From contig CAZTOB010000002.1 in assembly GCA_964615425.1 (NCBI GenBank), positions 1 to 54,408 of the forward strand: a stretch of DNA of 54,408 bases. Direction: 5' to 3'. The stretch comes from an uncultured Candidatus Saccharibacteria bacterium. GTDB lineage: Bacteria; Patescibacteriota; Minisyncoccia; Minisyncoccales; CAYTKG01. Shown here piece by piece: positions 43,445-52,035 of the stretch; positions within the stretch are counted from its first letter, which is position 1, and each line of letters opens with the position of its first letter. Below the pieces are notes generated by a model that had not been told where the DNA came from, did not search any database, and saw nothing but the letters and a program-made list of their open reading frames with translations. The translations under genes and the position numbers were made by a program.

Positions 43445-43704
43445 GAATCTCCCTTAATTTTTTTCACGAGACGTGACTTGAGCCGGGCAGCCTTGTTTTT
43501 GTGAATTGCTCCCTTTTTAGCCGCCTTGTCAACCGCTTTTTGAAAATCAGGTAAAAGCTTCTCGGCTTTTTCAAGTTCCTTTTTGGAAACAAGGCCTTCT
43601 ATTTTTTTCCTCAAGGACTTATACTTTCTTTTTCTCCTCAAGTTGGCCGCTCTTCTTTTTTTATTCTGCCTCAATGACTTTTTGGCTGCGTCTTTAATTG
43701 GCAT
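43441..43704 (-). CDS. rpsT: 30S ribosomal protein S20
   Basis: 87 aa, highly basic and helical. The N-terminal segment SLRQNKKRRAANLRRKRKYKS is S20-like. Confidence 0.8.
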   Translation of the reverse strand: MPIKDAAKKSLRQNKKRRAANLRRKRKYKSLRKKIEGLVSKKELEKAEKLLPDFQKAVDKAAKKGAIHKNKAARLKSRLVKKIKGDS

Positions 43705-43787
43705 ATTTAATTTTTTTAATGATGATTACTATTATTAACATTATAGTAATTTAATAAACTGGGCAAGTGTGCTATACTTTGCTAAAT

Positions 43788-44714
43788 ATGATCCTGCTGC
43801 TTCACGGAAAATGCAACTTCCTTTCTCTAAGAGAGTTAAAAAGAATCACTTCGGAGCAAAAGAAAAAAGGCTCCAGCTTAGAATATGTCGATCTAAAAGA
43901 AAAACACTATCAAAACTTCAAAAGCGCTTTCTTTTCCCGTTCGATGTTTTCTAAAAAAAAGACGGTAGTGGTTAAAAACGGAGCGGGCAGACAAAAGTTT
44001 GAGAAAAAGTTCTTGAAGGATAAAGAAAGGTTTCTCGCTAGTCCCTATCTTCTAATCTTTTACTCCAGAAAAAAACTTAAAAAAAGTAAACTTTTAAAGT
44101 TTTTAGAAAAAAACGCCAAAGTCAAAGAGTTTAAGAAGCCCTCCAAAAGGAAACTCGAAAAATGGATTAAAAATGAAGCGTCCCGCTACAACGCGGAACT
44201 TACTCCCTCCGCCCTAAAAGCTCTTTTAAATCTTCAAAGAAAAGATCTTTGGCGCCTGTCTCTTGAAATTAATAAATTAGCCAACTACAAGGGAGCCTCT
44301 AAAGAAAAAAGAGCAACCATAACCGAAAAAGACATCGACCTTTTGATTAGAGAAGAAGTCGAAAAAGACATCTTCAAAAGCATCGACGCTTTAGCTTTAA
44401 AAAAGAAGAAAAAAGCTCTCGCCTTAATCAGAAACCATCTGGAGGAAGGAGACCACCCAGCCTATCTTTTATCCATGATCGCCTGGCAGATTTCCCGTCT
44501 TTTGGTTATAAAGGAAAGAGAGGAGAGAGGTGAAAGCTTGAAAGATTTAGGTTGGCATCCTTACGTTGTCAAAAAAAGCAGGAGGATAAGTAGAAATTTC
44601 TCTCTTAATGAGTTAAAGTCTTTTTTTCACCTTACAGCGGAGTTCGACTTGAAAATAAAAACGGGCCGCGTTGACCCGGAATTAGCCTTAGAACTTTTAG
44701 TGGCCAAAATCTAA
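43788..44714 (+). CDS. holA: DNA polymerase III delta subunit
   Basis: MILLLHG is a typical start. The ELTPSALKALL...INKLANY...ITEKDIDLL...IFKSIDAL pattern matches HolA. The ATG at 43788 is preferred over the GTG at 43767. Confidence 0.75.
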   Translation: MILLLHGKCNFLSLRELKRITSEQKKKGSSLEYVDLKEKHYQNFKSAFFSRSMFSKKKTVVVKNGAGRQKFEKKFLKDKERFLASPYLLIFYSRKKLKKSKLLKFLEKNAKVKEFKKPSKRKLEKWIKNEASRYNAELTPSALKALLNLQRKDLWRLSLEINKLANYKGASKEKRATITEKDIDLLIREEVEKDIFKSIDALALKKKKKALALIRNHLEEGDHPAYLLSMIAWQISRLLVIKEREERGESLKDLGWHPYVVKKSRRISRNFSLNELKSFFHLTAEFDLKIKTGRVDPELALELLVAKI

Positions 44715-45589
44715 CCTTGGCATTCAGGGCAAAATCTGGTAGAGCGGCTCCCTATTTTTCTTCTTTTGATTTTCTCACCGCAGCGGGGGCATTTTTCCCC
44801 GTCTTTGCCGTAGACTACAAGCTCTTTGTCGTAGTCACCTTTTTCACCCGAAGGCCTTCTGTAGTCCGAGGTGCTGGTGCCTCCTTTCTTAACAGCTTCT
44901 TTTAACACACTTTTCATCTCTTCGAAGATTCTTTCCAGCTCCTTCTTAGTTAAAGTGTCAGCCTTTCTAAAAGGATGAACCTTAGCCCTCCACAAAATCT
45001 CATCACTGTAGATATTGCCCACCCCAGCTATAAACTCCTGGTTCATAAGGAGGGATTTCACCCTTCCCCTCCGGCCCTTAAAAAGCTTTTTAAACTTTGA
45101 AAAAGAAAAGCTAGAAGAAAGAGGCTCGGGCCCCAAATTCTCTAAAATCTCTTTTGTCCCTTTTTCATCTTGAAGCTCCACCCTTCCAAACTTACGCATA
45201 TCGGAAAGAGCGATCATAAAGTCATTGTCAAGGGTAAAAAGAAGATGAATATAGGAGTTCATCTTATCACTCATCGCTTTTTTACGAGAAAGAGGCTCCC
45301 ACTTTTCTCCTTTTTTTTCCCACCGGCCGTACAAAAGATGACCGGTCATTTTTTGATGGATTAAAAGGTTTTGCTCTGAACTTAACTTAAAGATGATCCA
45401 CTTCCCCCGCCTTCTAATATCTTTTATCATTTCTCCCCTGATTCTTTTTTTAAAAATCTTGAAGCTTCCAGGATTTTTAATGAGTTTCGGAGCATCACTC
45501 CATACATCCAAAAAACAAGCCCCTAAGATAGAGGGGCTTTGGTTTCTTAAATCCTGCACTATATTTTCCACTTCCGGAAGCTCCGGCAT
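44711..45589 (-). CDS. mutM: Formamidopyrimidine-DNA glycosylase (Fpg/MutM)
   Basis: MPELPEVE is the catalytic Pro2/Glu3 N-terminus. An H2TH region and a C-terminal zinc finger (CPRCGEKI...FCPECQ) follow. Confidence 0.92.
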   Translation of the reverse strand: MPELPEVENIVQDLRNQSPSILGACFLDVWSDAPKLIKNPGSFKIFKKRIRGEMIKDIRRRGKWIIFKLSSEQNLLIHQKMTGHLLYGRWEKKGEKWEPLSRKKAMSDKMNSYIHLLFTLDNDFMIALSDMRKFGRVELQDEKGTKEILENLGPEPLSSSFSFSKFKKLFKGRRGRVKSLLMNQEFIAGVGNIYSDEILWRAKVHPFRKADTLTKKELERIFEEMKSVLKEAVKKGGTSTSDYRRPSGEKGDYDKELVVYGKDGEKCPRCGEKIKRRKIGSRSTRFCPECQG

Positions 45590-45590
45590 T

Positions 45591-45968
45591 TTAACTTAAA
45601 ACCTCTTTTACTTTTTCGATTATCTCCTGAGGGGTAAAATGAGCCTTGATTAAATAGTCGATAGCGCCAAGGTTGAGACCTCTCTCAATGTCTTCCCTTT
45701 GACCCAGGTTGGAAAGAATAATAATTGGGATGTTTTCTACCTCCTTCTCTTTTTTAACCCGGGACAAAACCTCAAAACCGTCAATTCCGGGTAGAATAAG
45801 GTCCAGCAAAACAACATCAGGTTTTATTTTTTTAAGCTTTTTAAAGCCGTCTTCCCCATCAACCGCTGTCTCGACTTCATAACCCCGTCCCGCCAACTTG
45901 CGGCTGATTAATTCTCTTAAAAACTTATCGTCTTCAACGATTAAAATTTTTTCTTTCGAATTTGACAT
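45591..45968 (-). CDS. Single-domain response regulator (receiver only, CheY-like)
   Basis: 125 aa with acidic pocket EDD, the phospho-acceptor context VLLDLILPGIDG, and conserved S(N) and K (IKAHFTP). Confidence 0.88.
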   Translation of the reverse strand: MSNSKEKILIVEDDKFLRELISRKLAGRGYEVETAVDGEDGFKKLKKIKPDVVLLDLILPGIDGFEVLSRVKKEKEVENIPIIILSNLGQREDIERGLNLGAIDYLIKAHFTPQEIIEKVKEVLS

Positions 45969-45999
45969 ATTCTTTTTTCTTAAACTTTTGAATTTGTTT

Positions 46000-46371
46000 T
46001 CAAATGTTTTCTTTTACCTTTTGAATCACTTCCATAGGATCAAACTCCGTTTTAACCAGCCAGTCATTGGCTCCCAGCTCTCTAGCTTTGTCAAGTTCTA
46101 CAGGCTGCCCGGAGTTGGAAATGATGACCACGGGGATATCTTTAGTTATCTCATTTAACTTGGCCTTTTTCAAAACTTCCATCCCGTCCATTTTAGGCAA
46201 AACAATGTCCAAAAGCACCAAATCAGGTTTTTCTTCCTCTACCTTTTCAAGACCTTCCTCGCCGTCCCGAGCCATAACTACTTCATAACCACTAGCTATA
46301 AGCTTTTTAGCTAAAAGCTCGATTATGATTCTTTCGTCTTCAATAATCAATATTTTCTTTTTAGAGGACAT
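46000..46371 (-). CDS. Single-domain response regulator (receiver only, CheY-like)
   Basis: 123 aa with IEDE, VLLDIVLPKMDG and VKTEFDP. It is a paralogue of the adjacent receiver. Confidence 0.88.
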   Translation of the reverse strand: MSSKKKILIIEDERIIIELLAKKLIASGYEVVMARDGEEGLEKVEEEKPDLVLLDIVLPKMDGMEVLKKAKLNEITKDIPVVIISNSGQPVELDKARELGANDWLVKTEFDPMEVIQKVKENI

Positions 46372-46376
46372 AGATA

Positions 46377-46715
46377 TTATTCACTAAAACTTTTAATTTC
46401 TGTTTTCCTGCTCTCACCCCTAAGGCGTTTTCTTAAAAAACCCACCACGGCTAGACAAAGAAGAGCTAAGGCAGCAATTTCAGTTGTTTCAGAATAAAAG
46501 TTAATGGTGGCAAAAGCCTGTTCGTGAACAGAGGTAAAAATATCCACCAACTCAGATAGGCCGAGCAGAAAAAGCCCAGCGGTAAAAACTTTCCAACTGG
46601 AAGATACCTTCCCGCTTTTTCTTTTTGCCTTTAAACCAGTAACCAAAGCAAAGAAAAATGTCCCGAAAGCAAGGAGAGTGATCAAACAATGCAAGATGAC
46701 AAGATAAGTAACCAT
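46377..46715 (-). CDS. Small 4-TM membrane protein, unknown function
   Basis: 112 aa. It shares an LLGLSE(L/V)(V/I)D motif with the adjacent 122-aa protein. Confidence 0.55.
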   Translation of the reverse strand: MVTYLVILHCLITLLAFGTFFFALVTGLKAKRKSGKVSSSWKVFTAGLFLLGLSELVDIFTSVHEQAFATINFYSETTEIAALALLCLAVVGFLRKRLRGESRKTEIKSFSE

Positions 46716-46717
46716 AA

Positions 46718-47086
46718 TCAGCTGTATCTTTTTTGAATTTTAAACATCGCAAAAAATATTAAGGCAAAGCCCGCTATTCTTAAAACCTCTTGAACGCTAT
46801 AAATCGGAGGGTAAAAAACTAGATAACCAGCCCTGGAAACCAATATGCTCTGCCACCAATCAATGACCTCGCTCACAAGAAGTGTTAAAAACCCGACCCC
46901 AAGCAAGGGGAAGAAGTATTCAAGACGGGAAGAGGGAATCTTTCTTAAAAGGTAGAAAACAACAGCTACCAGGATCACGTTAACAAGAATGGTAAAAAAG
47001 CCCATCGCCTGACATGTACACCCTAAATCCAAGGGCCACACGCTCCGCAAAACTTCTTGGTTGAAACTTATTAAAGAATCCATCAT
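46718..47086 (-). CDS. Small 3-4-TM membrane protein, unknown function
   Basis: 122 aa. Its TLLVSEVIDWW motif is similar to that of the 112-aa neighbour. Confidence 0.55.
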   Translation of the reverse strand: MMDSLISFNQEVLRSVWPLDLGCTCQAMGFFTILVNVILVAVVFYLLRKIPSSRLEYFFPLLGVGFLTLLVSEVIDWWQSILVSRAGYLVFYPPIYSVQEVLRIAGFALIFFAMFKIQKRYS

Positions 47087-47096
47087 TTTTTCCTTT

Positions 47097-47534
47097 TTAC
47101 TCTCTTCTAAAAAGCCACAAAATTATACCGACAAAAGAAACAATAAATGAAAAGGCGATATCCCAAAATATCTGACTCATCACCCAAAAATCAAGCATTC
47201 CCGTTACAAGCCAAATGCCTACGTTGAGAGCGTAGGCCAAAGCACCCACCCCGAAAGAAAACACCACTCTTTCCAAAAGAGGAAGATTCGGATACATCGC
47301 CAAAGTCAAACTGAAGCCCGGCAGAAAGAAAAAAAGCGAATACAAAAAAACTTGGCAAAAAATTATCAAAAGAGGATAAACATGCAGTTTTCCCGGAGCT
47401 CCCACCAGCTGCTCTGTCTGCTCGGCAGCCCCTCCCGCTACAATAGCCATAAAACCCATGAGAAAAGTTAAAAGAGCTGCTACAAGATAAGCAATCATTT
47501 GCGGAGATTTTAACTTGAATTTGGCTAGACTCAT
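47097..47534 (-). CDS. Small 4-TM membrane protein, unknown function
   Basis: 145 aa and hydrophobic throughout, with no recognisable motif. Confidence 0.55.
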   Translation of the reverse strand: MSLAKFKLKSPQMIAYLVAALLTFLMGFMAIVAGGAAEQTEQLVGAPGKLHVYPLLIIFCQVFLYSLFFFLPGFSLTLAMYPNLPLLERVVFSFGVGALAYALNVGIWLVTGMLDFWVMSQIFWDIAFSFIVSFVGIILWLFRRE

Positions 47535-47577
47535 AATTACTTTTCTTATTATACCTTCTTTGATTTTTTAATCAAGC

Positions 47578-49140
47578 CTATCCTTCCACGAATCTTTCCG
47601 ATTCATGTTCTATCGGCAGAATGAACCAAAAAACCGAGCCTTCTCCTTCTTCGGATTCAAACTGGATTTTTCCTCCGTGGGCTTCAACAATATTTTTGGT
47701 TATGAAAAGCCCCAAGCCCGTTCCAACCGTCTCCAATCTCATAACATTGGACCCGCGGAAAAATTTACTAAAAACTCTGTCCTTTTGATCTTCAGGGATT
47801 CCTACTCCCTGATCTTTAACTGCAAACTGAATCTCGTCGTTTTTTCTTTCGATACTCACCCACACTTTTTTCCCCGATAAGGTATATTTTACAGCATTAT
47901 CAATCAAGTTTTGAACAGCAATTCTTATCTTTTCTTCATCAAGCGGTATCTCGGGAATCTCCCCGGACTTTTCAAAAACAATTTCTATTCCTTTTTGTTC
48001 CACCTCGGGTCTTTCAGCATCGATGATTGATTTAACAAGTTCAACAAAATCAACCGGCTTTGGTTTGTAAACAAACCTTCCTTCTTCAATCCGAGTCACA
48101 TTAAGAAGCGAGTTAACCAAATTGATCATTCTTTCATTGGAGCTATAAGTTTTTCCCAAGAACTCTCTTTGTTCTTCCGTCAACTCCCCCAAATCCCCGT
48201 CCAAAAGCATCTTAAGAGTCCACTTGATAGCCGAAAGAGGAGTTCTCAGCTGATGAGCAGCAATGGAGACAAATTCTGTTTTCAAGCGTTGAACCACCTT
48301 TTCTCGTGTCACATCGTGGAGAATAACAAGGTGGCCCATATCTTCCGCCTCCTGCTTCATATCCACGTTGGAAACTTCCAAGATAAGGTCTTCCCTCAAA
48401 TCTAAATCTTCCCTGGAAAAAGAATCTTCCACTCTGCCTTCTATGAATTCAAGGAACTTGCCCGCCTTCCCTTCCCGCGGAACATCTTCCAGCCTCTTTC
48501 CCTCCACCTCATCCCCCTTAATATTTAAAAACTCTTCCGCCTTGGGGTTGACAAACATAACTTCGTGACTCGAACTAAAAACAATCAACCCATCACTCAA
48601 ATTAGTAATGACAGCCTTGGTTTTTTCCCTTTCCTGCTCCGCCCTTTTTCTTGCTTCTTCTGTGTCTTCTAAAATATTTAAAAGTGCGGTTTGGGATTTT
48701 CTAAGCTCCTTTTCCTTTTCTTTGATTTCCGAAAGATCCAGTATTCCGAGGAAATAACCGATTGTCTTTCCTTCTTCGTCCTTTCTAGTTCTCAAGAAAA
48801 TCTGAACCGGCATCAACTTTCCATCCTTGGTTTCCATCACCGCTTCCCTTCCTTCTACCCTCTCCCCAGCCAAAACTTTTTCACTCATCTCGGTAATTTC
48901 TTTCGATTTAAAAAGTTCTTCTACTGATTTGCCGATCAATTCGTTGAAATCATAGCCTGTTATCTCTTCAAAAGCGGGGTTGATTTCAAGAAGAATGTTC
49001 AAGGGACTCACAAAACAGATAGGAAGGGGGGAAAAGTTAAAAAGTTCGTGCACATAGTTTTCTAAAGAAGCAAGATCTTCCAAAAGAAGTTCAGTTCTTT
49101 CTTTTTTGGCTTTTTCTGATTTAATTACCTGGTTTTTCAT
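47578..49140 (-). CDS. Soluble PAS-PAS sensor histidine kinase (HisKA + HATPase_c)
   Basis: The H-box is FVSIAAHQLRTPLSAIKW, the N-box NLIDNAVKYT, G1 DQGVGIP and G2 GTGLGLFITKNIV. There is no TM segment. The ATG at 49138-49140 (MKNQVIK) is preferred: it is preceded by GGGAG and lies 1 nt after the upstream stop. Confidence 0.9.
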   Translation of the reverse strand: MKNQVIKSEKAKKERTELLLEDLASLENYVHELFNFSPLPICFVSPLNILLEINPAFEEITGYDFNELIGKSVEELFKSKEITEMSEKVLAGERVEGREAVMETKDGKLMPVQIFLRTRKDEEGKTIGYFLGILDLSEIKEKEKELRKSQTALLNILEDTEEARKRAEQEREKTKAVITNLSDGLIVFSSSHEVMFVNPKAEEFLNIKGDEVEGKRLEDVPREGKAGKFLEFIEGRVEDSFSREDLDLREDLILEVSNVDMKQEAEDMGHLVILHDVTREKVVQRLKTEFVSIAAHQLRTPLSAIKWTLKMLLDGDLGELTEEQREFLGKTYSSNERMINLVNSLLNVTRIEEGRFVYKPKPVDFVELVKSIIDAERPEVEQKGIEIVFEKSGEIPEIPLDEEKIRIAVQNLIDNAVKYTLSGKKVWVSIERKNDEIQFAVKDQGVGIPEDQKDRVFSKFFRGSNVMRLETVGTGLGLFITKNIVEAHGGKIQFESEEGEGSVFWFILPIEHESERFVEG

Positions 49141-49141
49141 T

Positions 49142-49726
49142 TCACTCCCATTTGACATAGTATTTGTGAATTCCTTTTTCTGGTTCACATTTTTCGTCCA
49201 CCTCGACCTTACTTTTTGTCACCATCCGGCCGAGGCCTTTAAAATAACCTTTCATGCACTCGCAATAAATAGGATGGCAGCGAAAATCGCTTACCACCAG
49301 CTCTATCTCTTTTTTTTCTTCCTCGAATTTTAAAACCTCCACTTTGCCAAAACTCCAATACTCTCTCCACATACGTGACACCTTTTTTAAAAGTTTAGAG
49401 ACGGAATAGAAATACTTAAGATAAAGACGAACGGCAAAAGAAACACCGGCTGCAAACTCACACATTTTTCTTATATCTTCCTTTTCCCAACCGAAAACTT
49501 CTTTAGCCGCTAAAAGAGAAAGAGTTCTCCATCCAGCTGGATAAAACTTAAGATTTTGAATCTCGCTGTAACGGAAATCAACGCCCCACGAGGAAAGTTT
49601 TTTCTCTACTTTTTCTAAACCCTCCTTTCCTTTTTCTTTTAAGATATATTCCGCATCGTTTTTCAAGTGAATTCCTCTCGCTTCTCCTTTCAACTCTTTC
49701 AACTCTTTTATCGCTTTCTTTTTCAT
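49142..49726 (-). CDS. V4R/H-NOX-superfamily-like small-molecule-binding protein (DUF2378/V4R-like), paralogue A
   Basis: 194 aa. The C-terminal pattern HPIYCECMKGYFKGLGRMV...VEVDEKCEPEKG...YYVKW resembles the V4R C..G...G....v.E..C...G consensus. Confidence 0.45.
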   Translation of the reverse strand: MKKKAIKELKELKGEARGIHLKNDAEYILKEKGKEGLEKVEKKLSSWGVDFRYSEIQNLKFYPAGWRTLSLLAAKEVFGWEKEDIRKMCEFAAGVSFAVRLYLKYFYSVSKLLKKVSRMWREYWSFGKVEVLKFEEEKKEIELVVSDFRCHPIYCECMKGYFKGLGRMVTKSKVEVDEKCEPEKGIHKYYVKWE

Positions 49727-49728
49727 TT

Positions 49729-50319
49729 TTAATTCCAGGTAATATGAAACTCGTGAGCCTTGACTCTTCCATCTTCAAAAGGACATTTTACTTCTTCGCA
49801 TTTTACTTTTCCATTAACCACCATATTCAAAATCGTCTCCAGATAACCTTCAAGATAAATGCAAAAAAGAGGGTGACCCTTAAAGTTTTCCAGACGTACG
49901 GTCGCTTCTTTTTTCTCTTCGTCCGCTTCAGCTGAAAGATCTCCCATCGTGTAATGTTTACTCCACATCTGAGGAGATTGCTTAACAGTTCTTTCCACGG
50001 AAAAAAAGAAACGGGCAAAAAGTTTAATTACCAAGGACTCCTTGGGAGCCATCCTTCCCATATCTTTGAAGTCCTTTTCCGTAAACCCAATTTCGTCGCG
50101 GTAAATAATAAAAGACAAAAGACGAAGGCTCAAGGGATAGAAATCCATCGGTTTTATCCTGCTGTAAAGAAACAGCTTTCCTTCTTTACTCAAGGCCCTT
50201 TCCGCCTTACCCAGCGCCTCCTGACCGAATCTTCTCGAAATGAACCGGGCGTCGGTAGCGAAGGTTACCCCTCTTGTTTCACCCTCCATTTCTTTAACTT
50301 TCTCTTTTTCGTCATTCAT
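49729..50319 (-). CDS. V4R/H-NOX-superfamily-like small-molecule-binding protein, paralogue B
   Basis: 196 aa and collinear with paralogue A (GE.RG, FYP, W..., HPLFCIYLEGYLETILNMV...CEEVKCPFEDG...FHITW), at roughly 30% identity by eye. Confidence 0.45.
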   Translation of the reverse strand: MNDEKEKVKEMEGETRGVTFATDARFISRRFGQEALGKAERALSKEGKLFLYSRIKPMDFYPLSLRLLSFIIYRDEIGFTEKDFKDMGRMAPKESLVIKLFARFFFSVERTVKQSPQMWSKHYTMGDLSAEADEEKKEATVRLENFKGHPLFCIYLEGYLETILNMVVNGKVKCEEVKCPFEDGRVKAHEFHITWN

Positions 50320-50854
50320 CTCCGGTTTTTTGTTTTTTACCGTATTTCAAATTTCTTATTTCTTCTTTAAGTTTTATCATTTTAAGCTCCCGGCCCACCG
50401 CCACCTTGCGAAATTTCTCCAGCTCTTCCACTTTTTTTTCCAGCTCTTTTTCTTTTTCTTTAATCTCACTCAGGTCAAAAACACCTAGGAAAAGACCAAC
50501 CGGATCATTTTTTTCTCCCTTGCGGGCTTTTCCGAAAATGCTGACAGGACATTCCTCTCCGTTCTTTTTAACCAAGGTCATCTCTTTAGCCTTAACACTG
50601 TCTTCCTTCAAAACCTTTTTTATAACCTCCTCAACCGTCTCTTTAAATAGTTTTGCCACGTCTTCTCCCACCGCCTCATAAGCCGGGTAACCCGTCATCC
50701 TTTCAAAAGCGGGGTTGAATTCTAAAATAACGCCTAAAGGAGAGATGAAGGCGATGGGAAGAGGAGAAAAGGTAAAAAGATCGGAGATGTAGCTTTCAAG
50801 GGCGGACAAGTCATCCATCAAGGTCTTTATCTTTTGTTTTTCTTCTTTGGCCAT
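50312..50854 (-). CDS. Stand-alone PAS domain protein with C-terminal coiled-coil (VGRELKMIKLK motif)
   Basis: 180 aa. The PAS region (FSPLPIAFISPLGVILEFNPAFERMTGY) is paralogous to the first PAS domain of the kinase. There is no kinase or other output domain. Confidence 0.8.
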   Translation of the reverse strand: MAKEEKQKIKTLMDDLSALESYISDLFTFSPLPIAFISPLGVILEFNPAFERMTGYPAYEAVGEDVAKLFKETVEEVIKKVLKEDSVKAKEMTLVKKNGEECPVSIFGKARKGEKNDPVGLFLGVFDLSEIKEKEKELEKKVEELEKFRKVAVGRELKMIKLKEEIRNLKYGKKQKTGDE

Positions 50855-50856
50855 TT

Positions 50857-52023
50857 TTATTCTTTAGATATTTTCTCCGCCACAACCTCAGCTGTGTGAA
50901 TAGAAGTGTCGTAAGGATAGTAGTAGAAGTCACCTGCTAAATAAACTCCTTTAAGATTTGTCTCCAGCTCGGGCACTTTCGGATCCGGTCTTAAACAGGG
51001 GAGAGGCAGTATCTCTTCTTCGGAAATGATCTCGTAATCATCATAGATAAACCCGAGATCAACCTTTTCATTTTTGTTCCAAGGAAGAAAGTATTGTTCC
51101 TCCTCAACGAAATTAAGGAAAAGCCTCAAATTAAACGCGTTGCCCGGAAGACCCATAAGAAGTCTTCTTTTGGGATGTTTGAGCTTTCCCCGAACCAGAA
51201 TAATTCTGTTTTCCGGATAAAAGACACCAGAAGGAATCTCCACATCAGGAAAGATCTTAGAAACCTCCGGCAGAGGCAGAGCGAAAACTATCTTGTCAAC
51301 CTGCATGTCTTTTTCTTCGTCCAGTTTCAAGTAATTAACTTGGAATCCCTCTTCTTTTTGAGAAACTCTTTTTGCCTCGCAGCCGGTTAGAACTTCACCC
51401 CCATTTTTTCCTATGGAGTTTAAAAGGACATTCGTTAAACTCATCATGTTGAGTTCTTCAAAGCGAAGCGCCTCCCCGGACATCACCTCGTTTCCCATCC
51501 GGATCAAATGCAGACCGTAATCGGCACTTATCTTGCTCAAATCATCTTTTCCGGAGAGTATCCAGGCAGCAGCGAAAGCCATGTTTTTAACCTCTTCAGA
51601 AAGATTTTCTCCGTACTCCGCTAAAGACTGACTTCTAACCTTCAAAAGTTCTTGGGAGGGAGAAAAAGGATCAAAACTCAAAGAGTTAACCATTTGCGAA
51701 AAATCCTGAAACTCGCTCATCTGCTCTTCGCTTAAAGCTTCCTTTAAGACAGAGGGAAATTTTTCCAGAGGAAGAAAATCTTCTCCGAAAAAACCAATCT
51801 CTTTTACTTTTAGAGGAATTGACATCTCATCAATTCCCATCTCTTCCACCAGGCCCATAAGGTGTTTTTGAAAGTCTTTAGAGCCGATCACCGCAGCATA
51901 TTGTATTCTTCCTCCGGCAACCGCTTCCTTTTCAAAAACAACCGGCTTAAAACCTTTTTCTGCCAGGCGGTGGGCACAGGCCAAACCCGCCAAACCGCCT
52001 CCAATAATACCTACTTTTTTCAT
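50857..52023 (-). CDS. FAD/NAD(P)-binding oxidoreductase (amine-oxidase / phytoene-desaturase / protoporphyrinogen-oxidase-like fold)
   Basis: The N-terminal dinucleotide fold is KVGIIGGGLAGLACAHRLAEKGFKPVVFEKE..GGR, and the C-terminal motif is GVYLAGDF. Confidence 0.75.
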   Translation of the reverse strand: MKKVGIIGGGLAGLACAHRLAEKGFKPVVFEKEAVAGGRIQYAAVIGSKDFQKHLMGLVEEMGIDEMSIPLKVKEIGFFGEDFLPLEKFPSVLKEALSEEQMSEFQDFSQMVNSLSFDPFSPSQELLKVRSQSLAEYGENLSEEVKNMAFAAAWILSGKDDLSKISADYGLHLIRMGNEVMSGEALRFEELNMMSLTNVLLNSIGKNGGEVLTGCEAKRVSQKEEGFQVNYLKLDEEKDMQVDKIVFALPLPEVSKIFPDVEIPSGVFYPENRIILVRGKLKHPKRRLLMGLPGNAFNLRLFLNFVEEEQYFLPWNKNEKVDLGFIYDDYEIISEEEILPLPCLRPDPKVPELETNLKGVYLAGDFYYYPYDTSIHTAEVVAEKISKE

Positions 52024-52035
52024 AATAGTATTTTT

